From contig CBEUCH010000011.1 in NCBI GenBank assembly GCA_965541585.1, positions 59,557-123,556 of the forward strand: a stretch of 64,000 nucleotides of DNA, read 5' to 3'. Origin of the DNA: an uncultured bacterium. Its GTDB lineage: Bacteria > Zixibacteria > MSB-5A5 > UBA10806. Position numbers and translations under genes: made by a program. Position 1 is the first letter of the stretch; every line of letters starts with the position of its first letter. Below, in pieces: positions 20,481 through 29,825 of the stretch. The notes beneath the pieces are model-generated. The model searched no databases and was not told where the DNA came from. It saw only the letters and a list, made by a program, of their open reading frames with translations.

Positions 20481-21251
20481 ATGAACCAGACGGACGTATC
20501 AATGGTTTTTCCTATTTTAATTGTAATAGGCCTGGTGCTGTTTATTCTCGGAAATGCAATCAGGATACTAAGGGAATATGAGCGGGGCGTAATATTCAGG
20601 CTTGGACGGCTGATCGGGGCTAAAGGGCCGGGATTGATTCTCTTGATTCCGATCGTCGATAAGATGGTCAGAGTCAGTCTGCGGACGATACCGATGGATG
20701 TTCCCTCGCAGGATATCATCACCAAGGACAACGTTACCGTCAAGGTTAATGCCGTAACCTATTTCCGGGTCATGGATCCCAACAAGGCGGTTGTCGATGT
20801 CGAGGATTATATCTACGCTACCTCGCAGATATCGCAGACCACGTTGCGTTCGATTCTCGGGCAGGTCGATCTTGATGATTTGCTGTCGAATCGTGAGAAG
20901 ATCAACCAGGAATTGCAGAAGGTTATCGACGAACAGACTGAGCCCTGGGGTGTAAAGGTAAGCGTTGTCGAGGTCAAAAACGTCGACCTGCCGCAGGAGA
21001 TGCAAAGAGCCATAGCCAGGCAGGCCGAGGCGGAGAGGGAACGCCGGGCCAAGGTCATCCACGCCCAGGGTGAATTGCAAGCCTCGGAGAAGATCAACCA
21101 GGCGGCCAAAGTTTTGCAGGAAACTCCGCTGGGCATTCAGCTCAGATACCTGCAGACCGTGGTTGAGATCTCATCGGAGAAGAATTCGACCACGCTGTTC
21201 CCGATACCTATAGACCTGTTCAAGCCGTTTCTGGATAAATTAACCAAATAG
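20481..21251 (+). CDS. Slipin / stomatin-like SPFH domain protein
   Basis: [21 protein letters not shown] and [13 protein letters not shown] motifs. Confidence 0.95.
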   Translation: MNQTDVSMVFPILIVIGLVLFILGNAIRILREYERGVIFRLGRLIGAKGPGLILLIPIVDKMVRVSLRTIPMDVPSQDIITKDNVTVKVNAVTYFRVMDPNKAVVDVEDYIYATSQISQTTLRSILGQVDLDDLLSNREKINQELQKVIDEQTEPWGVKVSVVEVKNVDLPQEMQRAIARQAEAERERRAKVIHAQGELQASEKINQAAKVLQETPLGIQLRYLQTVVEISSEKNSTTLFPIPIDLFKPFLDKLTK

Positions 21252-21290
21252 GAATAGCTGAAATATGATAGAATCGGTTGGTGGCGAAAG

Positions 21291-21337
21291 AAGTAACTTC
21301 TGACGCCACGGAACCTTAGTGCGGTCGGAAGTTACTT
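21291..21337. terminator. Inverted repeat between convergent slipin and asnS genes (probable bidirectional terminator)
   Basis: AAGTAACTTCTGAC ... GTCGGAAGTTACTT stem. Confidence 0.55.
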
Positions 21338-21351
21338 CCGCTTGATCTTAA

Positions 21352-22743
21352 TCAGAACTTTGCGTTTTTGGGCGTTCTGGGGAACGGTATGACATCGCGG
21401 ATATTGGCCATCCCCGACATATACATCAGAAGGCGCGCGAAACCGAGCCCGAATCCCGAATGGGGGACCGTACCGTAGCGGCGAAGATCATAGTACCACC
21501 CGAGACCATCCTCCGGGACTCCGAAATGTTCGACCTGTTTTTTTAGAATATCCAGCCGTTCCTCTCTCTGGCTGCCGCCGATTATCTCGCCGATCTCGGG
21601 AACCAGGACATCCACCGCCGCCGTGGTTTTACCATCGTCATTGAGCCGCATATAAAATGCTTTGACATCGCGCGGATAGTCTTTCACCATCACGGGAGCT
21701 TTCAGATGCTCCTCGCATAAATATCTTTCATGCTCGGCCTGCAGGTTGACACCCCATTCCACCGGATATTCGAATTTCTTTTTAGCTTTTTTGAGAATAT
21801 CGACGGCCTCGGTATATGTGATGATCTCGAATTTCGACTTAACCAGCTTCTCCAGCGTGATGATCCGCTTTTTGTCTATCCAGGAATTAAAAAACGTCAT
21901 CTCATCGGAGCATTCATTCAAAGCGTAGTTGAAAAGATACATGAGGAACTCGCCGGCCAACTGCATGTTCTCGTCGAGATCGCAGAATGCCATCTCCGGT
22001 TCGATCATCCAGAATTCCGATGCGTGCCGGGAGGTGTTGGAGTTCTCGGCGCGGAATGTCGGGGCGAAGGTGTAAACATCGCTTAGGGCGCAGGCCATTA
22101 TCTCCGCCTCCAGTTGGCCGGAGACGGTCAGGAAGGTCCGGTCGCCGAAGAAGTCCTTATCGAAATCGATCTCGCCGTTGGTCATGGGAACGTTTTTCAG
22201 ATCGAAGGCCGTTACCCAGAACTGCTCGCCGGCGCCCTCGGCGTCGATGGCGGTTATGATGGGGGAGTGAATATAATAAAATCCGCGATCCTGGAAAAAC
22301 TTGTGAATGGCAAAAGAAATCTGGCTTCTGAATCTATTCATCACCCCGAAGGTATTGGTGCGCGGCCTCAGATGTGCGATCTCACGCAGGTATTCGAAAG
22401 AATGTCTTTTTTTCTGCAAAGGGTATTCCGGAGGGCTTTCGCCGACGAGCTGTATTTCCATTGGATGGAGTTCGATCTTGTGTTTTCGATCCGGCACCGG
22501 CAGCAGCCCGCCGACTGTCCTTACCGCAGCTCCTAACCTGACATTTTCCAGGTCGGGGAATTTCGACGGTTCGTCGATCACGATCTGGAGGCTGGCCAGG
22601 CAGCTCCCGTCATTTATCTCCAGAAATGTTAGATTTGGCGAGTCCCTTCGGGTACGCACCCAGCCCATGACCAGGACACCCTCAGCGGCCTGGTCCGGCT
22701 GGCTCAGTATCGAGGCAATTTTTGTTCGTTTAAAGTAATCCAT
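21352..22743 (-). CDS. asnS: Asparagine--tRNA ligase
   Basis: GWVRTRR, YLREIAHLRPRTN, FRAENSNTSRHASEFWMIEPE, GGSQREER and PHSGFGLG motifs. Confidence 0.97.
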   Translation of the reverse strand: MDYFKRTKIASILSQPDQAAEGVLVMGWVRTRRDSPNLTFLEINDGSCLASLQIVIDEPSKFPDLENVRLGAAVRTVGGLLPVPDRKHKIELHPMEIQLVGESPPEYPLQKKRHSFEYLREIAHLRPRTNTFGVMNRFRSQISFAIHKFFQDRGFYYIHSPIITAIDAEGAGEQFWVTAFDLKNVPMTNGEIDFDKDFFGDRTFLTVSGQLEAEIMACALSDVYTFAPTFRAENSNTSRHASEFWMIEPEMAFCDLDENMQLAGEFLMYLFNYALNECSDEMTFFNSWIDKKRIITLEKLVKSKFEIITYTEAVDILKKAKKKFEYPVEWGVNLQAEHERYLCEEHLKAPVMVKDYPRDVKAFYMRLNDDGKTTAAVDVLVPEIGEIIGGSQREERLDILKKQVEHFGVPEDGLGWYYDLRRYGTVPHSGFGLGFARLLMYMSGMANIRDVIPFPRTPKNAKF

Positions 22744-22846
22744 CGCTTTCTCGCTTCAGGGCTTCCGTAACACTCTTAATATATTGCAAATAACCAATCG
22801 GTGTAAAGAAAGGATTTTGAGCATCAACAATATTCAATTGTTCCGG

Positions 22847-23021
22847 CAGTCAGGTCACGTTCGCTCGGACTATCCATACGGATCCGTAGGACGACCTGAC
22901 TGAACCAAAAAACTTGCTGTGATTCTGGATTCCCGATCGGGGTCGGGAATGACAATATGCTGGAATTATTAGTGGCGCCTGATCGCTCGATCATACGGAT
23001 CTGTAGGACGGGAATCCAGAA
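22847..23021. repeat. Cluster of REP-like palindromic elements
   Basis: 10-bp IR 22847-22856/22893-22902; 13-bp IR 22923-22935/23009-23021; internal ATTCCCGA..TCGGGAAT hairpin; motif CATACGGATC(C/T)GTAGGACG occurs twice. Confidence 0.7.
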
Positions 23022-23087
23022 AAGGGAAGAAACAGTTTGACACTTGATATAATTGGAGTATTTTATCTGTATAAATGGGGGTTTAAC

Positions 23088-24638
23088 ATGATGTGCCCTT
23101 TGAGCATACGTCGCATTTTTATCATTCCGCTGATACTATCGCCGGGCTTGATTCTGAATTCATCCAGCGCCCTTGCTCAAGATTCAATGGAATTGATTGC
23201 CACCATTGTACTTGAGCGGGATAGCACCTATATCCCCACGCTGATGCCTATAGGGGATTTCAATGCCGATGGACACCCGGATCTGGCCCTGGGGGTACGT
23301 CAGGATTTTTTCAATTTGTATGAAGCAGTATATTTATACTTTGGGGGTCCGGATTTTGATAACTCCCCTGACCTGGTAATTCCAGGAGAACCTCAAAATA
23401 CGGATAGCTATTGTATTGATGAAGCTGATCTGATAACATTTTTCGGTATGGAACTGACAGGTTTGGGGGATTTCAACGGTGATGGCTATGATGATATTGC
23501 TATATCCGCTCCGGGATTCTGCCCCTATGTTTATCGGGAGGGAAGAATATATATTTTCTTCGGTTCACCTGAACCGGACTCTATCGCTGACGTGGTAATT
23601 GACGGCCATGAGTATTATGAGTACCTGGGCGATTACATTGGCGCAGGCGATTTCAATGGTGATGGTTTCCATGACCTTATCGCAACTGCGCCTCGTATAG
23701 TATACCCTGATGATCGCTTATATATATATCAAGGAAGTAGTTCCCCCGACGGAACTTATGACTGGATGCGCGATTTTATTGGACAAGACATTTACACCAC
23801 TTGGAGATTGTGCGGATTCGATATAAACGATGACGGTTTTGATGATTTCTGTATTGACAGTTATGCCGATACCGGCAGTTTCAAAGGCATATATCTTGGT
23901 GGCGATCCTTTGAATCAGGAGCCGGCTTTCTATTTTGATCACGGGCTTTCTTTCACTGAGGATATCTCCGGCGACGATATAGATGATATTATGATCCGTC
24001 CTGAAGATATGCGCTGGTATTTGTGCTTAGGTGGCGATTCGTTGGATTTAGATCCTGACTATTATGTGGGGAGTGTGGGCGGACCATCCTTTACATATTC
24101 TCTAATTGGTGAGGGAACCAAGCTCATGATGGACGATAATTTGCAACGCAGTTTCATTATGTACAATACAGGAGTTCCGTTTGACTCCATACCCCGCGAT
24201 GTCTTTGGCTACTCTCAAGAAAGCTGGAATAAGCACAATATTGGAGATATCAACGGCGACGGTGTCGAGGATATCGCTCTGAAGACAGGAAACGATACAC
24301 TTGGAAGCTATGTTGAAATATACTCCATTTTCAGAACCGGAGTTGAAGAGGAAAATGGCTTTGAATTATTCCCGAACGATTATGCTATTCTATCCTGTTA
24401 TCCCAATCCTTTCAACTCTAATGTCCTATTAAACATCGCAACCTATGATGAACCCGATGCGGAGATAAGGATATACGACATAGCCGGCAGGCTGATTCGA
24501 AGCGTTATTACAATAGAAGGAAATGCAACCTGGGACGCCACGGACAACGCAGGACGAAAGGTTTCTTCAGGGGTCTATTTCGCCAGAGCAAAGACATCCC
24601 GCAATTTCAACACCATAAAATTACTGTATTTAAAGTAA
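23088..24638 (+). CDS. Secreted FG-GAP repeat protein with C-terminal T9SS-type/FlgD-like sorting domain
   Basis: Signal peptide, repeated GDFNGDG.DD motifs and C-terminal YPNPFN...IYDIAGR...SGVYF...LLYLK. Start uncertain (23037 or 23088). Confidence 0.8.
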   Translation: MMCPLSIRRIFIIPLILSPGLILNSSSALAQDSMELIATIVLERDSTYIPTLMPIGDFNADGHPDLALGVRQDFFNLYEAVYLYFGGPDFDNSPDLVIPGEPQNTDSYCIDEADLITFFGMELTGLGDFNGDGYDDIAISAPGFCPYVYREGRIYIFFGSPEPDSIADVVIDGHEYYEYLGDYIGAGDFNGDGFHDLIATAPRIVYPDDRLYIYQGSSSPDGTYDWMRDFIGQDIYTTWRLCGFDINDDGFDDFCIDSYADTGSFKGIYLGGDPLNQEPAFYFDHGLSFTEDISGDDIDDIMIRPEDMRWYLCLGGDSLDLDPDYYVGSVGGPSFTYSLIGEGTKLMMDDNLQRSFIMYNTGVPFDSIPRDVFGYSQESWNKHNIGDINGDGVEDIALKTGNDTLGSYVEIYSIFRTGVEEENGFELFPNDYAILSCYPNPFNSNVLLNIATYDEPDAEIRIYDIAGRLIRSVITIEGNATWDATDNAGRKVSSGVYFARAKTSRNFNTIKLLYLK

Positions 24639-24649
24639 CCAAGATAATT

Positions 24650-24894
24650 GTCATTTCCGCGGAAGGGCTTGTTGAAAAAGTCATTGCGAGGAGGCCGCAG
24701 GTCATACGACTCGTATGAGCCGACGAAGCAATCTCTAACTCTTTTCTTTTTACAAAGATAGATTGCTTCGCTTCGCTCGCAATGACAAATATCCTGCTTT
24801 TTCAACGCTCCCGCACGTGGGGAATCCGGAAACGATGGCTCCACTAATGGATCCCTGCTTTCCCTTCGGGGATCTTCGATTACGCAGGGATGAC
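24650..24894. repeat. Nested palindromic / MITE-like element
   Basis: Imperfect TIRs GGGCTTGTTGAAAAAG (24665-24680) and CTTTTTCAACGCTCCC (24797-24812) enclose GTCATTGCGAG...GAAGCAATCT / AGATTGCTTC...CTCGCAATGAC, all inside a GTCAT...GATGAC element. Confidence 0.7.
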
Positions 24895-25023
24895 ACTAAA
24901 AATATCCGTGCCGTCAAGAATAAGTCGAATCCCCCGGGATTTGACACCTCAGCTACAAAACAGGGCCCAAAAAGGGCAAAATTGGCTTGACACTCACCGG
25001 AAACCGGCATAATTTCCGCTTTT

Positions 25024-25533
25024 GTGAAGGTCGATTTCAGGCAGATAGAGCCTGAGGGGAGCGAGTTTAGCTTTTCGGAATCGGCAGAAGATCTCGACTT
25101 GACCGCTGATGGCATCGAGTTCCCTGAGCCTATTGAGGTTGAGCTGACCGCCACCAAGACGGGCGATGAGGTCATCATCCAGGGGTTGCTAACCACGATG
25201 GCCGGGATGGATTGCTCGCGCTGCCTTGAACGTTTCGAGAGACCTGTTAGCTCGAAACTTCAATTTGTAATTCAGTTGCTGGAGATAAGCTCTCCCCAGG
25301 ATTCGGATGACGAGGATTTTGTGGTACTACCCAAGACGACTCAAGAATACGATCTCTCGGAGCGGGTTCGACAGGTAATTTTGCTGGAACTTCCGCTCAA
25401 GCCCCTTTGTAGAGAATCATGTCTCGGGCTTTGCACACTGTGCGGAACGAATCTAAATGAGTCTGAATGCGATTGTACGCCGGATAAGACCGACGAGAGA
25501 TGGGAATCGCTCAGGCAGCTTTTTGAAGAATAA
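25024..25533 (+). CDS. yceD: YceD/DUF177 family protein
   Basis: CSRCL and PLKPLC.ESCLGLC..CG.NLN...C.C...DERW..L motifs; upstream of rpmF. Confidence 0.9.
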   Translation: MKVDFRQIEPEGSEFSFSESAEDLDLTADGIEFPEPIEVELTATKTGDEVIIQGLLTTMAGMDCSRCLERFERPVSSKLQFVIQLLEISSPQDSDDEDFVVLPKTTQEYDLSERVRQVILLELPLKPLCRESCLGLCTLCGTNLNESECDCTPDKTDERWESLRQLFEE

Positions 25534-25606
25534 GGAAAAGGCTTAAAAAATAATCTTACACCAGCGGCGGAGCAAGAGCCGTCTGGTCCAGGGATCGAGG
25601 ATAGTT

Positions 25607-25792
25607 ATGGCATTACCGAAAAGACGTCATTCCCGGGCACGAGGTGCCAGGAGACGCACACACTGGAAATTGCAGAAACCGAATATAGTGGAATGTTCAC
25701 ATTGTCATGAACCCAAGCTTCCGCATCAAATCTGTCCGCAGTGCGGATGGTATAAAGGTAGAGAAGTAGTGGCCGTAACTGAGTCGCAATAA
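25607..25792 (+). CDS. rpmF: 50S ribosomal protein L32
   Basis: MALPKRRHS.AR...RR with CSHC and CPQCG zinc ribbon. Confidence 0.97.
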   Translation: MALPKRRHSRARGARRRTHWKLQKPNIVECSHCHEPKLPHQICPQCGWYKGREVVAVTESQ

Positions 25793-26847
25793 TGCCCCTT
25801 GAGCGCAAAGCCAGGGTCGCCATAGACGCCATGGGAGGCGATTATGCCCCCTTTTCTATTGTGGCAGGGGCGGTGCTGGCGCAAAAGACCTATGGTGACA
25901 GCGTGGATTTGACCCTGGTGGGGGATTCCGCCAGAATCAAGTCGGAATTGCAGAATTTAAATGCCGAGCAGCTGCCGCTCAAGGTCGTTCACGCCAATCA
26001 GACGATCGGTATGGCCGACGAGCCGGCTGAATCGGTCAGGAAGAAGCCGGACTCTTCGATTGTGGTCAGCCTCAATCTTCAGAAGAAGGGCGAATGCGAT
26101 GCATTTATCTCGGCTGGCAATACCGGCGCGGTTATGGCGGGGTCGCTTCTGATATTGGGCAGGCTAAAAGGGATCAACCGTCCGGCTATAGGCACTCTTT
26201 TTCCCAACGAGAAGGGGCAGGCATTGTTACTGGATGTCGGGGCCAATTCTGACTGTAAGGCCTTGAATCTTTATCAATTCGGATTAATGGGAGCGATCTA
26301 TTACTCTCAGATATTTTCAAACAGCAATCCGTTAGTAGGTTTATTATCCATAGGCGAGGAGAAATCGAAGGGAAACGAAACCACGATTGCATCGCATAAG
26401 CTGCTTTCGGCCGCCGATCTGAATTTCGCCGGTAACATCGAGGGCAGGGATATCCTGAAGGGCAGGGCCGACGTCGTAGTCTGCGATGGTTTTGTCGGGA
26501 ATGTCATTCTGAAGTTCGCCGAATCTATCGATAGTTTTCTCGGTGAGGTGGTCAGGAAGAGAGTAAGAATCAATTTTCTTGCGAAGATCGGGGCACTATT
26601 GCTAAGACCGGCCTTCAAAGATATTAAGAGACATCTTGATTATGCCGAATACGGCGGCGCCCCGTTATTGGGAATTGACGGTGTATCGATTATCTGCCAT
26701 GGCGGTTCCTCGCCGAAAGCGATCAAGAATGCGGTGGGTATGGCCAGGACGATGGTGATGAAGGATGTCAACAGGCAAATCGAAGATCGGGTTGCCTCCA
26801 ACGGAGATCTCGATGCTATGGAAGCGAGAATAAGACAACAGCGATGA
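25792..26847 (+). CDS. plsX: Phosphate acyltransferase PlsX
   Basis: AIDAMGGDYAP, SAGNTGA, DVGAN, CDGFVGNVILK and YGGAPLLG motifs. Confidence 0.97.
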   Translation: MPLERKARVAIDAMGGDYAPFSIVAGAVLAQKTYGDSVDLTLVGDSARIKSELQNLNAEQLPLKVVHANQTIGMADEPAESVRKKPDSSIVVSLNLQKKGECDAFISAGNTGAVMAGSLLILGRLKGINRPAIGTLFPNEKGQALLLDVGANSDCKALNLYQFGLMGAIYYSQIFSNSNPLVGLLSIGEEKSKGNETTIASHKLLSAADLNFAGNIEGRDILKGRADVVVCDGFVGNVILKFAESIDSFLGEVVRKRVRINFLAKIGALLLRPAFKDIKRHLDYAEYGGAPLLGIDGVSIICHGGSSPKAIKNAVGMARTMVMKDVNRQIEDRVASNGDLDAMEARIRQQR

Positions 26848-27827
26848 AAAAATACGTGCAGATAATAGGCACCGGTTCGGCGGCGCCGGAAAATGTGCTA
26901 ACCAATCAGGATCTGGAGAAAATGGTTGATACTACCGACGAATGGATCACTACCAGGACCGGCATAAAAGAGCGACGAATCGCCCCGCCGGGCATGGTGG
27001 CATCAGACTATGCTTACGATGCATCCCTCAAGGCTATGGAGAAGGCGCATGTTTCCGCCGATGAGCTGGATCTGATAATTGTGGGGACTGTAACACCCGA
27101 TTCGCCCCTGCCATCGACCTCCTGTATACTTCAGCATAAACTTAAAGCCAAAAATGCAGCAGTGGTTGACCTCGTAGCCGCTTGTTCGGGTTTCATTTAC
27201 GGGTTGGCGTTCGGCAGGTCTATGATCCTGTCCGGCCAGGCGGAAAAGGTTTTGGTCATCGGGGTCGAAATCCTCTCAAGTATTACCAACTGGAAAGACA
27301 GAGATACCTGTGTCCTCTTCGGCGACGGCGCCGGTGCAGCAGTAGTTGCCGCATCGGATAAGCCGGGAGGTATAGTTGATACTTTCCTCAAAGCTGATGG
27401 TTCTTTGAGCCATCTCCTGCAGGTTCCTGCGGGCGGTGGCCGGATACCATTAACCAGAGATAATATAAATAACGGCGACCGCTTTATTCAGATGAAGGGT
27501 CCGGACGTATTTAAAGCCGCTGTCAAGGCTATGGGCGAGGCCGCAACGAAAATACTCAAGCGGACGGGCATAAGATCGGATGATATAAGTTTGATGATTC
27601 CACATCAAGCCAACATAAGGATCATAGAAGCGACCGCCAAGAGGGTAAAACTTCCGATGGATAGAGTTTTTGTGAACATACAAAAATACGGCAATACGTC
27701 AGCTGCTTCTGTTCCGATAGCGTTGGACGAAGCCATCAGGGAAGGGCGGATTAAATCGGGCGATAAGGTTATGTTGGTAGCCTTCGGCGCAGGCTTCACG
27801 TGGGGGTCGGCCCTTATCGAGTGGTGA
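26844..27827 (+). CDS. fabH: 3-oxoacyl-ACP synthase III
   Basis: AACSGF, LFGDGAGA, PHQANIRI and GNTSAAS motifs. Confidence 0.96.
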   Translation: MKKYVQIIGTGSAAPENVLTNQDLEKMVDTTDEWITTRTGIKERRIAPPGMVASDYAYDASLKAMEKAHVSADELDLIIVGTVTPDSPLPSTSCILQHKLKAKNAAVVDLVAACSGFIYGLAFGRSMILSGQAEKVLVIGVEILSSITNWKDRDTCVLFGDGAGAAVVAASDKPGGIVDTFLKADGSLSHLLQVPAGGGRIPLTRDNINNGDRFIQMKGPDVFKAAVKAMGEAATKILKRTGIRSDDISLMIPHQANIRIIEATAKRVKLPMDRVFVNIQKYGNTSAASVPIALDEAIREGRIKSGDKVMLVAFGAGFTWGSALIEW

Positions 27828-27828
27828 T

Positions 27829-28773
27829 ATGAAGAAAACCGCATTTTTATTCCCCGGGCAGGCATCCCAGTATGTCGGAATGGCGAGAGATCTTTACGAC
27901 GAATTCAAGTCCGTGCGGACGTTATTCGAGAAAGCTACCAGCATCCTGGATTTTGATCTTGCCGACGTCTGTTTCAACGGCCCCGAAGAAAAGCTCAAAG
28001 AGACGAGTTATACTCAGCCGGCAGTATTTGTCCATTCCTGTGCTCTCGAGATGATCCTGCGCCAAAACGGCGTTTTTGTCCACTCCGGGGCAGGTCATTC
28101 TCTGGGTGAATATTCGGCGCTGGTATCTGCCGGAGCGCTAAGCTTCGATACCGCCATTCAGGCCATCGCCATACGAAGTTCGGCCATGCAGAGAGATTGC
28201 GATAATAATCCAGGTACTATGGCCGCCGTCATGGGCCTTGAATATGAGCATGTCGCCTTGATTCTAAGGGGCAATCCGGGGATTGTGGTTCCCGCGAATT
28301 ATAATTCACCAGGTCAGGTCGTGATCGCCGGTGAGGTCGATGCCGTCAATGAGGCCTGTTCAGGATTGAAAGAGGCAGGCGCGAAGCGGGCAATACGGAT
28401 TCCGGTCGGCGGCGCTTACCATTCACCCCTGATGGAACGGTCATCTAAGATAATGACCGAGTTTATTAAGAATGGCATGGAATTCGGGGAATTCAGATTT
28501 CCCGTTTATTCTAATGTCGGTGCCGACCCTATCTCCCACGGCTCTGAGTTCAGTCGACAACTGGCGAAACAGATTTCCAGCCCGGTTCTCTGGTACCCCA
28601 CCATTCGAAATCTATTTAGAGACGGTGTCCGAAGCTTCATAGAGGTTGGCCCTGGAAAGGTCCTTCAGGGTTTAGTCAAGAGGTCATTGAATGATCCGGA
28701 AGTTGAGATATCGGGCGTCGATACTCTTGAAGATATTGACAGGCTATTGAGCGAAAAGGTGTATTTGGCGTGA
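27829..28773 (+). CDS. fabD: Malonyl CoA-ACP transacylase
   Basis: FPGQASQ, GHSLGEY and AYHSPLM motifs. Confidence 0.96.
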   Translation: MKKTAFLFPGQASQYVGMARDLYDEFKSVRTLFEKATSILDFDLADVCFNGPEEKLKETSYTQPAVFVHSCALEMILRQNGVFVHSGAGHSLGEYSALVSAGALSFDTAIQAIAIRSSAMQRDCDNNPGTMAAVMGLEYEHVALILRGNPGIVVPANYNSPGQVVIAGEVDAVNEACSGLKEAGAKRAIRIPVGGAYHSPLMERSSKIMTEFIKNGMEFGEFRFPVYSNVGADPISHGSEFSRQLAKQISSPVLWYPTIRNLFRDGVRSFIEVGPGKVLQGLVKRSLNDPEVEISGVDTLEDIDRLLSEKVYLA

Positions 28774-29510
28774 GTGCTGTAGATAAGGTGGCGATGGTTA
28801 CAGGGGGCGCTCGTGGCATCGGATATGCCATAGCGGAAAAACTCGGTTCCGACGGCTATTCGGTGATCATCTCCGATATACTTGCCGAAGCAGCGAGCGA
28901 GAGCGCATCGAAACTCGCCGACGGAGGAGCCAGAGCCATATCGGTCGAGGGCGACGTCTCGAAACCTGAATCTGTTGATGCCATGTTTAAGGCCTCGATC
29001 GAAGAATTCGGCCGGGTCGATGTTCTGGTCAATAACGCGGGTATCACCCGCGATGGTCTGCTTCTACGTCTTGATGCGGAAGATTGGGATATGGTGATGG
29101 GTGTTAACCTGAAAGGGGCTTTTCTGTGCACCAAGGCGGCCTCGAGAATTATGATGAAGAACCGTTGGGGCAGAATAATCAATATCTCATCTGTCGTGGG
29201 GATCATGGGCAATGCCGGGCAATCCAATTATTCCGCCTCCAAGGCCGGTCTTATGGGTCTTACGAAATCGGCGGCCAAGGAGCTTGCCGGCAGGAGTATA
29301 ACCGTTAACGCCGTAGCTCCCGGGTATATTCAAACGGAGATGACGGAGAAATTGCCTGATTCAGCAAGGCAGGCGTTTTTGTCGATGGTACCACTGAAAC
29401 GACCTGGCACGCCCGCGGATGTCGCCGGAGTTGTATCGTTTCTGGCATCGGATCTTGCCGAATATGTCACCGGACAGGTTATTCATTGTGACGGCGGAAT
29501 GGTGATGTAA
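28770..29510 (+). CDS. fabG: 3-oxoacyl-ACP reductase
   Basis: TGGARGIG, NNAGITRD and YSASKAG motifs; fab cluster context. Confidence 0.95.
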   Translation: MSAVDKVAMVTGGARGIGYAIAEKLGSDGYSVIISDILAEAASESASKLADGGARAISVEGDVSKPESVDAMFKASIEEFGRVDVLVNNAGITRDGLLLRLDAEDWDMVMGVNLKGAFLCTKAASRIMMKNRWGRIINISSVVGIMGNAGQSNYSASKAGLMGLTKSAAKELAGRSITVNAVAPGYIQTEMTEKLPDSARQAFLSMVPLKRPGTPADVAGVVSFLASDLAEYVTGQVIHCDGGMVM

Positions 29511-29568
29511 TCTTAAAATGAGCCAGTTAGCAAAAGTGAAATAGAAGATTCAATGTAAGGAGGAACAG

Positions 29569-29814
29569 ATGGCGTCAATCGAGGAAAGAGTTAAAGAAAT
29601 AATCTCTGAGAATCTGGGGGTCGATGCTGAAAAAGTAAAACCGGAGGCGTCATTCGTGGACGATCTCGATGCCGATTCCCTGGACCAGGTGGAGTTGATT
29701 CTGGCTCTGGAGGAGGAATTCGATTGTACAATCCCCGAAGAAGAGGCCTCCAAGATCACCACTGTTGGTGAGGCGATGGGATATATTAACAAACATCTCG
29801 AACAGAAGGGATAG
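29569..29814 (+). CDS. acpP: Acyl carrier protein
   Basis: DLDADSLD phosphopantetheine site; acidic 81-aa protein. Confidence 0.96.
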   Translation: MASIEERVKEIISENLGVDAEKVKPEASFVDDLDADSLDQVELILALEEEFDCTIPEEEASKITTVGEAMGYINKHLEQKG

Positions 29815-29825
29815 GTTCTTATTCC

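Noticed and set aside
19139..21251. nfeD-slipin pair as a novel system
   Set aside because: This is a well-known conserved gene pair.
21730..22738. Several + strand ORFs opposite asnS, plus long antisense ORFs such as 53263..54288
   Set aside because: They are shadow ORFs of well-supported genes on the other strand and show no motifs.
24575..25196. ORFs 24575..24844, 24750..25196 and 24763..24990
   Set aside because: They run through palindromic repeat DNA or are antisense to yceD, so they are probably spurious.
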